Source of the DNA: a virus
Lineage: Duplodnaviria > Heunggongvirae > Uroviricota > Caudoviricetes
DNA: 64,000 bases
IMG/VR virus record: IMGVR_UViG_3300005805_000054
Location: 31,428-95,427 of that record
Reading direction: 5' to 3' (one strand)
A program made the position numbers and the translations under genes. The notes under the pieces were generated by a model that saw only the letters and a program-made list of their open reading frames with translations, did no database searches and had not been told where the DNA came from. Within the stretch, counting starts at the first letter, position 1. Every line of letters starts with the position of its first letter. Below are positions 56,894 through 64,000 of the stretch, in pieces.

Positions 56894-56920
56894 AAAGGGG
56901 CACTTGCCCTTTTCTTCTTT
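56894..56920 (+). terminator. rho-independent terminator after nadV
   Basis: aaaggggcacttgcccttttcttcttt. Confidence 0.6.
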
Positions 56921-56984
56921 ACAATAACTCCAATCTCTAGTACAATCTAGTTTCTAAATCGTTAAATCTTTTTGAAAGACACAC

Positions 56985-58043
56985 ATGGCACATTTTCTCA
57001 AATCGGGTAACACATATCAAGTCGCCTCTGATGAAGCAATGGATATTCATGCTCTGTTACCTGCAGGTAACTACACTGTCAAACAAAACCCAATGACAGG
57101 TGCATACTTCTTGGAACACATTGAAGACTTCAATTCCCCATCGAAGATTTATGGCGACTGCCTCAAGAACACTGACAGAGTGATTCAAACTTTCTTGTCT
57201 CGTCCAAATGCAACTGGTGTTATGTTGACTGGTGAGAAGGGTTCTGGTAAGACACTACTGACCAAGAACATTGCAATTGAATTGGCAAAGCAAGGCATTC
57301 CTACTATTGTCATCAATGCTCCTTTGCATGGTGACCAGTTCAATACATTCATTCAAACTATCACGCAACCATGTGCTGTATTGTTTGATGAATTTGAAAA
57401 GACCTATGATCGGGATCAACAAGAATCTATTCTAACACTGTTGGATGGTGTGTTCCCTACTAAAAAGTTGTTTATGTTGACAACTAACGACAAATACCGT
57501 GTTGACTATCACATGCGTAATCGTCCTGGTCGTATCTTCTACATGCTTGACTTTAAAGGTCTGGACACTAACTTCATTCGTGAGTTCTGTGAAGACAATT
57601 TGAAAAATAAGGAATACACTGAAAAGGTTGTGAATATCTCTAGCCTCTTTGCTGAATTCAACTTTGACATGCTGAAGGCATTGGTTGAAGAAATGAATCG
57701 CTACAACGAAACTCCGCAGGAAGCATTGCGTATGCTGAACGCTAAGCCAGAGTTTGATGGTGGTGCAAAGTACGATGTTGAGGTTATTCATCAAGGCAAG
57801 TCTATCACTGATACTAATCGTGATATGTTCGAAGGTAATCCTCTGCAACCCAATGGGGTTGAGATTGGTTTCGATACTAACCCAGACGATGACTCTGCTG
57901 ATTACATCTACAAGACCTTCAATGCTAACGCATTGGTCTCGGTTGATGCGGCATCTGGTAAGTTCATCTTTGAAGATAAGGGAACCCGAGTTATTCTGAC
58001 TAAGGTCAAGAACAAGTCTTACGATTACTTTGCGGCCTTTTGA
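56985..58043 (+). CDS. AAA+ ATPase of unknown function
   Basis: 352 aa; Walker A LTGEKGSGKTLLTK, Walker B VLFDEFEK, arginine-finger region NRPGRIFY. Confidence 0.6.
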   Translation: MAHFLKSGNTYQVASDEAMDIHALLPAGNYTVKQNPMTGAYFLEHIEDFNSPSKIYGDCLKNTDRVIQTFLSRPNATGVMLTGEKGSGKTLLTKNIAIELAKQGIPTIVINAPLHGDQFNTFIQTITQPCAVLFDEFEKTYDRDQQESILTLLDGVFPTKKLFMLTTNDKYRVDYHMRNRPGRIFYMLDFKGLDTNFIREFCEDNLKNKEYTEKVVNISSLFAEFNFDMLKALVEEMNRYNETPQEALRMLNAKPEFDGGAKYDVEVIHQGKSITDTNRDMFEGNPLQPNGVEIGFDTNPDDDSADYIYKTFNANALVSVDAASGKFIFEDKGTRVILTKVKNKSYDYFAAF

Positions 58044-58047
58044 CTAT

Positions 58048-58164
58048 AAAATGAGTACTTTTATATCTGATAAAGGTAAACAAAAGTACTCATTTTGACC
58101 CCTCAGGGGCTTCAAAATCGCTAGAGGTTTCAGGAACATATCTTGATACACTTCTAGCGATTTT
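58048..58164. repeat. intergenic region with two long perfect inverted repeats and a small GC hairpin
   Basis: aaaatgagtactttt (58048-58062) / aaaagtactcatttt (58083-58097), 15/15; cccc-tca-gggg hairpin 58099-58109; aaaatcgctaga (58114-58125) / tctagcgatttt (58153-58164), 12/12. Confidence 0.7.
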
Positions 58165-58173
58165 AGCCATTTG

Positions 58174-58202
58174 TTGACAATAAATGGATTTGGGTATATA
58201 AT
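58174..58202 (+). promoter_or_regulatory. early promoter cassette copy (near-identical to 48069)
   Basis: TTGACAATAAATGGATTTGGGTATATAATAGAATCTTAGACAGTCAACTAAAGGACACAAAATG. Confidence 0.7.
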
Positions 58203-58234
58203 AGAATCTTAGACAGTCAACTAAAGGACACAAA

Positions 58235-58507
58235 ATGCGTACAAAAACTATCATCGACGGCTTCAAAAATTCACAAAAATTCCGTGTAATTTTCAAGGGT
58301 GATGGATCTGAAAACGATGTTGGTATGTATATGACCATCAAGCAAATGACCGAGCAATTTGCTACAGTTACAGCCCGCACAGTTTGCTGGGAAGCATTGA
58401 TGAAATTGTCTTATATGCGTTACAATGCCAAAAAAGACAATGCCCTCATGCCCGTAGGACTCGGTGTTACAATTCGTGGTAAACAAGTCCAAGTTGACTT
58501 GGTTTAA
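58235..58507 (+). CDS. hypothetical protein
   Basis: 90 aa; the promoter cassette plus AAAGGA RBS directly upstream. Confidence 0.5.
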   Translation: MRTKTIIDGFKNSQKFRVIFKGDGSENDVGMYMTIKQMTEQFATVTARTVCWEALMKLSYMRYNAKKDNALMPVGLGVTIRGKQVQVDLV

Positions 58508-58509
58508 TC

Positions 58510-58938
58510 ATGGCGGCATCATCATTGTTAGAAGTGTCCACATTAAAGCCAAATGCACTTTGGCTTAGGAATAGATCAAACCCTATTACGGCACTTAAAA
58601 CTTGCTATAACAAAATTAAAAGTTGTTGCAATTTAAATGTTCGCCGTAAAGAGCGTGGTATTACTCTAGAGGTAACATTTGAACAATGTTTGGAATTGTA
58701 TCATAAACAAAATGGCAAGTGTGCTATATCCGGAAGAGTGTTAGTTGGTAACGCAGGACACGTTGATAAAATTTCAATTGATAGAATTGATTCCACTTTA
58801 TCATATAACATTGACAACATTCAATTGGTTACTGTACAAGTAAACCGCGGCAAAATGGACTTTTTAGAAGAAGATTTTATTGCAATGTGTGCGGCAGTTA
58901 CCGAATTTCAGAAGAAAGTAAAAGCTTCCAAAGGTTGA
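58510..58938 (+). CDS. HNH-like endonuclease domain protein
   Basis: 142 aa; CAISGRVL...HVDKISIDRIDSTLSYNIDNIQLV...VNRGK resembles compact HNH nucleases; the stop overlaps the next promoter. Confidence 0.4.
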   Translation: MAASSLLEVSTLKPNALWLRNRSNPITALKTCYNKIKSCCNLNVRRKERGITLEVTFEQCLELYHKQNGKCAISGRVLVGNAGHVDKISIDRIDSTLSYNIDNIQLVTVQVNRGKMDFLEEDFIAMCAAVTEFQKKVKASKG

Positions 58939-58963
58939 CAATAAATCGGTTTGGGTATATAAT
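58935..58963 (+). promoter_or_regulatory. early promoter cassette copy
   Basis: TTGACAATAAATCGGTTTGGGTATATAATAGAATCTTAGACAGTTAAATAAAGGACTTCAAAATG. Confidence 0.65.
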
Positions 58964-58996
58964 AGAATCTTAGACAGTTAAATAAAGGACTTCAAA

Positions 58997-59479
58997 ATGG
59001 CAACTCGCTCTACAATCGCTCTTGAATTCGCTGATGGTACTATTGGTCAAGTGTACTGTCACTGGGATGGTTACTTGTCTAACAACGGTAAAATCCTGTT
59101 TGAGAATTATTCTAATCCCTTTGTCGTGCGTGACTTGATTGACCTCGGTGGCTTGTCTAGCTTGCGTCCAACAATTGGTACAAAGCATCCCTTCAGTATG
59201 TTTGAAGCAAACATGACACAGGATGAATTTTATAATCTGTATCGTGACATGTGTACCTTCTATGGTCGTGACCGCGGCGAAGGTGAGTCCGATGCAACAT
59301 ACTTCAAGGACTTTGCTGATTACAGAGCCAATGGTCAAGCGGAAGAATATGATTACATTTTGCGTAATGTGAACGGTGTTGCTACATGGTTTGTATCCGA
59401 TCACGGTGATGACTTTGTTTTGTTGACAGAGGCTTTTGCTAAAGAAGCCGAAGCAGAAAAAGAAGAATTGCCCCTGTAA
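58997..59479 (+). CDS. hypothetical protein
   Basis: 160 aa. Confidence 0.5.
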   Translation: MATRSTIALEFADGTIGQVYCHWDGYLSNNGKILFENYSNPFVVRDLIDLGGLSSLRPTIGTKHPFSMFEANMTQDEFYNLYRDMCTFYGRDRGEGESDATYFKDFADYRANGQAEEYDYILRNVNGVATWFVSDHGDDFVLLTEAFAKEAEAEKEELPL

Positions 59480-59494
59480 AGTAGAGGAATTAAA

Positions 59495-59758
59495 ATGAGT
59501 TCGTTACAAAAATTAGTTAAGAAATTTGGTCTTGTACAAGACAAACGTTTCAAAAAAGGTAAAGTGTTTCGTCTGAGAAACGGGATTCCTAATCGGGATG
59601 TCCTAGAAAAAATAGGATATGATTTGATATGCGTTGATAGTGGTAGTGTTGTTTACAGATGTTGGAATGATGGTTCCGTAGTGTCCTCATCGATGTACAA
59701 GGGTGACTTTGTATTTGACGACAAAGCAAACAGTTCTTACAAATATGACATGTATTAA
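59495..59758 (+). CDS. hypothetical protein
   Basis: 87 aa; RBS GAGGAA. Confidence 0.45.
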   Translation: MSSLQKLVKKFGLVQDKRFKKGKVFRLRNGIPNRDVLEKIGYDLICVDSGSVVYRCWNDGSVVSSSMYKGDFVFDDKANSSYKYDMY

Positions 59759-59767
59759 GGAGCAAAA

Positions 59768-60097
59768 ATGGAAGCAGTAGTAGAAACAACAGTTTGGAAT
59801 GATAGCAACAATGCCAATCATACATACTTGCTTGACGGATCCAAAATGGTTGCGTACATCAAGGTTGGTTCTACTACCCCATTCTATTTCAAAAATCCAA
59901 TTACAATCGACAAGCGTGGTCGCAAATTTATAGCAGTAAAGCCCAATCCTTTCAAGGCAATTAAAGAAAAAAGTACAATCATCAAAGTGTCTGGTAGCAA
60001 AGGCAATGTCTATTCTATCGACACCGAAGAAAAAACATGCACGTGCCCGGGTTACCTGTATCGCGGTAGTTGTAAACACATTTTGGAGTTAGCATGA
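59768..60097 (+). CDS. SWIM zinc-finger protein
   Basis: 109 aa; CTCPGYLYRGSCKHILE matches the CxCxnCxH SWIM motif. Confidence 0.5.
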   Translation: MEAVVETTVWNDSNNANHTYLLDGSKMVAYIKVGSTTPFYFKNPITIDKRGRKFIAVKPNPFKAIKEKSTIIKVSGSKGNVYSIDTEEKTCTCPGYLYRGSCKHILELA

Positions 60098-60224
60098 ACT
60101 ATAACATTAATTGGTCTCAAAACTATCCCGGTTGGGAAAATTATGCTGAAAAGCTTTTGGAATTGACACTTGAGTTTAGTGATTTTACAGAAGCCAAAGA
60201 AGTTATCGCACGAATTAAATCATT

Positions 60225-60545
60225 GTGAATAAAATACCTAACAAATTTCGCCCCAGTTCAAGTATGACTACCAAGAGTATCATGCGTGAACGCCGTAAGC
60301 ACGGTGCATTGCTAGGCAGTTACAACTGGCAAAGCCGTGTTGAATGGTATCCTGCTGGTTATAAACTTAATCGCAAGACCATTTTTAAACAGTTTGGAAA
60401 GCTTCACTATCTAGCTTGCCACAGTCCTGAGCCAATCACAAAGAAGTGGCAGAGTGCATACAATAATTTTTACAATAAACATTTTGGTTCTTTCAAGGCA
60501 AGTGTCCGATATCTTAATAATTGGTCTTGCCACAATTGGTTATGA
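60225..60545 (+). CDS. hypothetical basic protein
   Basis: 106 aa. Confidence 0.4.
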   Translation: MNKIPNKFRPSSSMTTKSIMRERRKHGALLGSYNWQSRVEWYPAGYKLNRKTIFKQFGKLHYLACHSPEPITKKWQSAYNNFYNKHFGSFKASVRYLNNWSCHNWL

Positions 60546-60748
60546 ATGAAAAACTAAACACATTTAGGGCATTGCAAGAATTGCCACCAGTAGTGACAAG
60601 TTTTTGGTGCCGCTTTAATTGGCACAATTGGACTAAGTGGGGCCCTGTGGAAAGTAACAACAGTTCAATCTGGGCACGCCAAAACCGGTTCTGTATTCAT
60701 TGCAATGCATTTGAACAAAAGAAGTGGGAAATGTGGGAAATAAGATGA
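60542..60748 (+). CDS. hypothetical Cys/His/Trp-rich protein
   Basis: ATGA overlap start; FWCRFNWHNW...FCIHCNAF possible zinc-binding. Confidence 0.35.
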   Translation: MNEKLNTFRALQELPPVVTSFWCRFNWHNWTKWGPVESNNSSIWARQNRFCIHCNAFEQKKWEMWEIR

Positions 60749-60975
60749 ACAGTTCACAAAGACGGAAGAGTAAAAGAGAATTCCCCTATCTAATTAAGTT
60801 ATTCCCTGGCAATGGTATGCATTATTATGAACACGATGACCATGTAGAAGAGGCACGTAAATGGTGCAAGCAGAATTGCAGTGGAACCTACAATGTCAAT
60901 GCATATTGGGACCATGCTAAATTCAAGTTTGCTACAGAAAAGGATGCGGTTATATTCGCATTAAAATGGTTATGA
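60745..60975 (+). CDS. hypothetical protein
   Basis: ATGA overlap start; 76 aa. Confidence 0.35.
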   Translation: MNSSQRRKSKREFPYLIKLFPGNGMHYYEHDDHVEEARKWCKQNCSGTYNVNAYWDHAKFKFATEKDAVIFALKWL

Positions 60976-61166
60976 AATTTGAATCAGTCATTGTTATAGC
61001 CTGTGTAATAATACTTGCCGTCACCGTGGTATATGCCAACTATGAGGTTGACAACAAAAGAGTAATAAGATATAATTGTGATATAGCAGAATTTCACCCC
61101 GACTACCCAGTGGCAGTCAAAGAAAAATGTAGAGAATTATTAAATGAAAATCGCACTAGCAAGTGA
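60966..61166 (+). CDS. small membrane protein
   Basis: 66 aa; TM VIVIACVIILAVTVVYA. Confidence 0.4.
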   Translation: MVMKFESVIVIACVIILAVTVVYANYEVDNKRVIRYNCDIAEFHPDYPVAVKEKCRELLNENRTSK

Positions 61167-61992
61167 CCTGCACTTAGAGTTTCAGGACATCAACCTCAAG
61201 AACACAGAAGGTGCTGAGGTACTCATCCTATCGGGTGACATTATGGTTGCAGAGGACCTGCATAATCATCCCGAAATGGATTATGGAATGTACAGTAATG
61301 TCAATATTGCTGACCTCGGTCGTAGACAAGCTACCGCATTGCGCTTCCGTGACTTCCTCAAGCGTGTAAGTTTTGAGTTCCCTCATGTTGTGTATGTTGC
61401 GGGTAACCATGAATTCTATCACGGTAAGTGGAAGGCTAGCTTACAACATTTGCGTGATGAATGTGCAAAGTTCCCTAATGTTTACTTTTTGGAACGTGAT
61501 GTTAAGGTAATCAATGAAGTGTCCTTTATTGGTGCTACATTGTGGACTGACTGTAATAAGGGAGATCCATTAACATTACACGCACTAGCTGATATGATGA
61601 ATGATTATCGTATTATCCGTAATGACGAACATGGGTATAGTAAATTACGCCCCACACATACAATGTATCGCCATCAGCAAACACTTTCATACTTGAAAGC
61701 TATCCTTCCTGACATGAAGGATAAGAAGGTTGTGTTCGCAGGACATCATGGTCCTTCTGCAATGAGTACACATCCACGATATGTCAATGAGTATTTGATG
61801 AACGGTGGTTATCGCAGTGACCTAAGTGAATTGATTTTGGATCATCCAGAGATTGTTCTTTGGACTCATGGTCACATGCATGACCCATTTGACTACATGA
61901 TTGGTACTACCAGAGTGGTATGCAATCCTCGCGGTTATGCGGGCCATGATGAGCAAGCTGATGTATTTCAGCTAAAGTTTTTGGACATCTAA
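61144..61992 (+). CDS. calcineurin-like metallophosphoesterase
   Basis: 282 aa; ASDLHLE (motif I), LSGDI (II), VAGNHEF (III), GHHG and THGHMH (V/VI). Confidence 0.7.
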   Translation: MKIALASDLHLEFQDINLKNTEGAEVLILSGDIMVAEDLHNHPEMDYGMYSNVNIADLGRRQATALRFRDFLKRVSFEFPHVVYVAGNHEFYHGKWKASLQHLRDECAKFPNVYFLERDVKVINEVSFIGATLWTDCNKGDPLTLHALADMMNDYRIIRNDEHGYSKLRPTHTMYRHQQTLSYLKAILPDMKDKKVVFAGHHGPSAMSTHPRYVNEYLMNGGYRSDLSELILDHPEIVLWTHGHMHDPFDYMIGTTRVVCNPRGYAGHDEQADVFQLKFLDI

Positions 61993-62088
61993 ATGAAAAC
62001 AGGTGTCCAGAATGTGTTGTATGATGGTAAAATATATCGTATAATCTATTCACGTTGTGAGAACAACGAATTTTTAAAGGAAATGAAA

Positions 62089-62349
62089 ATGAACGTAACT
62101 AAGCAAACACGTGTCCTAGAGGCACTACAATCTGGTGAAGAACTCACTGCAAAGCAAATCTCTGCACGTTTTGGTATTAAGAACCCAACAGCAACTATCT
62201 CTAACATTCGTTTGAGTGGTTTTGCAGTTTACGCTAACAAGCGTACCAACAAGCTTGGTGGTACTTTTACCAAGTACCGCTTGGGTCAACCTAGCCGTGA
62301 GTTGGTAGCCGCAGGCTATCGTGCAATGTCTTTGGGCATCGCAGTCTAA
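62089..62349 (+). CDS. small putative DNA-binding (winged-helix-like) protein
   Basis: The ORF extends from 61993; the internal ATG at 62089 after AAGGAAA is the more probable start; ...LTAKQISARFGIKNPTATISNIRLSG... HTH-like. Confidence 0.35.
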   Translation: MNVTKQTRVLEALQSGEELTAKQISARFGIKNPTATISNIRLSGFAVYANKRTNKLGGTFTKYRLGQPSRELVAAGYRAMSLGIAV

Positions 62350-62368
62350 TCTCTATGAGATGACATGA

Positions 62369-62392
62369 AAAGGGTGATTCGTCACCCTTTTT
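62369..62392. terminator. bidirectional rho-independent terminator between convergent genes
   Basis: aaagggtgattcgtcaccctttttc: 9-bp perfect stem, T-tract on the plus strand and A-tract on the minus strand. Confidence 0.7.
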
Positions 62393-62923
62393 CTACCTTT
62401 GTTTTATCTTCTTTGGTTTTCTAAGGGCAGCCTTATGTTCCTCTGATAATGGTCTACGGAGTTTAGCCTTAACTTCTTCGGATCTTGGTCTACCCTTCAT
62501 CTTTAAGCTTCTAAGTTGTTTGCTTCCCTCAGATTGTGGGCCCATTTTAATTCCCTTATTCCAAGGTATTTGACCTTTTCTTTTAGTAAGTTCGGATTCT
62601 GTTTTTGGAATACCTTTATTCCATGGAGTTCTACCAGAAGGTCCTTCCCCACCGTCTGTTAAATTCCTAAGTATCCCTGTTCCTTGGTCTTTTCTCCCAT
62701 ACCATCCTATTAGTTTTCTTTCAATAGCGAATGAACCGATTTCAGTTAAATTTTCTTCAACTATTATGACCCTATTGAAATCTTCCGGGACTGTTGTGTT
62801 TTTGTGCTTTTTTATTGCCCTATTACCTTGACCTTTTCCTATATAATAAGGTGTTCCGTCGGGTCGTATATATGCGTAAACATAAAACCCTGAGGGCGGG
62901 TTTGATTTTGAATAAATATTCAT
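62393..62923 (-). CDS. GIY-YIG homing endonuclease with NUMOD3-like repeats
   Basis: 176 aa; [37 protein letters not shown] core; repeated [10 protein letters not shown] / [17 protein letters not shown]3-like repeats. Confidence 0.7.
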   Translation of the reverse strand: MNIYSKSNPPSGFYVYAYIRPDGTPYYIGKGQGNRAIKKHKNTTVPEDFNRVIIVEENLTEIGSFAIERKLIGWYGRKDQGTGILRNLTDGGEGPSGRTPWNKGIPKTESELTKRKGQIPWNKGIKMGPQSEGSKQLRSLKMKGRPRSEEVKAKLRRPLSEEHKAALRKPKKIKQR

Positions 62924-62999
62924 GCTGATGCTCCTTAATAGCGTTAGAGTAGTTGGGAATCCCCATTCCGCGAACTACACTTTTATTTAGTCTAAAAGG

Positions 63000-63028
63000 T
63001 TGATTTTTATTTGAAAGTGTGTTATAAT
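63000..63028 (+). promoter_or_regulatory. sigma70-like promoter (TTGATT-N17-TATAAT)
   Basis: TTGATT 63000-63005, TATAAT 63023-63028; upstream of the ORF at 63052 with RBS AGGAGAA. Confidence 0.45.
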
Positions 63029-63051
63029 AAACTTATTCTTAGGAGAATTCA

Positions 63052-63591
63052 ATGAGTTTGTTCAATATATTTCACCGAATAATGGTTAAACTAGGTAGGC
63101 ATCGTCTAATCCCGGATAGAAGGACCGGGGAAGACTATATGGATAGATATTATCTCTTTTTGAAAGACCGTAGTTGGTTTCCCTTTAATCTTACACTACA
63201 TAAAATTGTGCGTAGTGATGACCCTATCATGCACGATCACCCCTGGAGTTATTTGACTATTGTACTTAAAGGTGGTTACTGGGAGCATACACCAGTCTTT
63301 AGTAGTGAAGGCAAGATGATTGCAGAATTTCAAACATGGCGTGGTCCAGGTTCTATCATTAAGCGTAGTGCAGGTGAGTATCACTGGCTTGAACTTGATG
63401 AAAAGGTAGGACCTGCAACAACATTGTTTTTTATGGGTAAACAACAGCGTGAGTGGGGATTCTTAACAAACACAAAGACAGGAAAGAATCGTTGGATTCA
63501 ATGGGAATTGTATTTGAATAATTATAAAGAATATCACAAACAATACATTGAACCCAAGATTACACAAATGGCAAACAAAAAGAAGGATTGA
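63052..63591 (+). CDS. hypothetical protein
   Basis: 179 aa. Confidence 0.5.
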   Translation: MSLFNIFHRIMVKLGRHRLIPDRRTGEDYMDRYYLFLKDRSWFPFNLTLHKIVRSDDPIMHDHPWSYLTIVLKGGYWEHTPVFSSEGKMIAEFQTWRGPGSIIKRSAGEYHWLELDEKVGPATTLFFMGKQQREWGFLTNTKTGKNRWIQWELYLNNYKEYHKQYIEPKITQMANKKKD

Positions 63592-63806
63592 TTATGGCTG
63601 ATAGATTTGATTTAGAACAGCATATTATGAAATGCTGGAATGTTACTGAGGACATTAACTTGCTCAATTACAATGTATTAGAAAAAGATATGTCCAAAGA
63701 TGAAATCAGTAATTACTTGCTTGGGTTAAAAACAATCTATGAATGTAAATTTGAAGATTTGTTTGATACATTCAGCGAATTAATTGAGAAGGGTAAGATT
63801 AAATGA
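63588..63806 (+). CDS. hypothetical protein
   Basis: 72 aa; ATGA overlaps at both ends. Confidence 0.4.
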   Translation: MIMADRFDLEQHIMKCWNVTEDINLLNYNVLEKDMSKDEISNYLLGLKTIYECKFEDLFDTFSELIEKGKIK

Positions 63807-64000
63807 ACGAACGAATTAGAGAACTTATCAACCAAATGGATCAAGCAGGTCTTCCATATGGCGATAATGCCATGACCGTCACAGACAGAGACTTGGAATA
63901 TTTCGCCGAGTTGATTGTAGAAGAATGTATGACAATGTGTGATACTGTATCTGCTGATTATCTAAAACATCGCAAAGGTGCATTTGACTTTCAAGATAAG
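63803..64000 (+). CDS. MNERIRE-family small protein (paralog 6; runs off the window end)
   Basis: MNERIRELINQMDQAG...YFAELIVEECMTMC... Confidence 0.5.
   Translation, partial: MNERIRELINQMDQAGLPYGDNAMTVTDRDLEYFAELIVEECMTMCDTVSADYLKHRKGAFDFQDK

Noticed and set aside
1-64000. tRNA genes (common in T4-like genomes)
   Set aside because: Intergenic gaps were inspected (for example 24296-24669, 46107-46193, 58044-58234) for cloverleaf-compatible GTGGC/TTCGA-type arms and none was convincing. Cannot exclude without tRNAscan, but nothing supportable from reading.

Overview
This window reads as a dense, mostly plus-strand segment of a large T4-like (Tevenvirinae-type) phage genome. The identification rests on recognisable rIIA and rIIB, a T4-type RNase H/flap endonuclease, a DNA ligase, many free-standing GIY-YIG and HNH homing endonucleases, and about 11 copies of a sigma70-type early promoter cassette (TTGACAATAAAT-N17-TATAAT-AGAATCTTAGACAGT) that resembles the T4 'promoter early stem-loop' modules. 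The clusters I could support from the sequence are: (1) 7-deazaguanine precursor genes (folE, queD, queE) interleaved with a nucleotide-sugar-type set (two HxGH nucleotidyltransferases, a P-loop kinase, a class II aldolase/epimerase-like protein, a GT-B glycosyltransferase and an SDR epimerase); (2) a Fe/Mn superoxide dismutase, a UvdE-type UV endonuclease and a DNA methyltransferase; (3) an 837-aa protein punctuated by seven nucleotide-conserved GVAEG repeats, which may be a protease-processed polyprotein; (4) a proteostasis/envelope module with ClpX, ClpP, ClpS, an Hsp20, ribosomal protein bS21, a SprT-like metallopeptidase, an SPFH/band-7 lipoprotein and other secreted or membrane proteins; (5) a pstS gene behind a canonical Pho box; and (6) a NAD+ salvage and ADP-ribose-processing island (NadM-Nudix NMNAT, Macro domain, nucleoside 2-deoxyribosyltransferase-like protein, NadV/NAMPT, AAA+ ATPase) that looks like an anti-defence NAD-reconstitution system. 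There is also a seven-member paralogous family of small proteins (MNERIRELAEQAG ... FAELIV.EC ... KEHFGVEE) whose conserved 3' end supplies an SD and an overlapping stop/start (GGAGTTGAAGAATGA) for whatever gene lies downstream. I saw no tRNA genes and no CRISPR array. All calls are from reading the sequence and the ORF translations. No database search was run.
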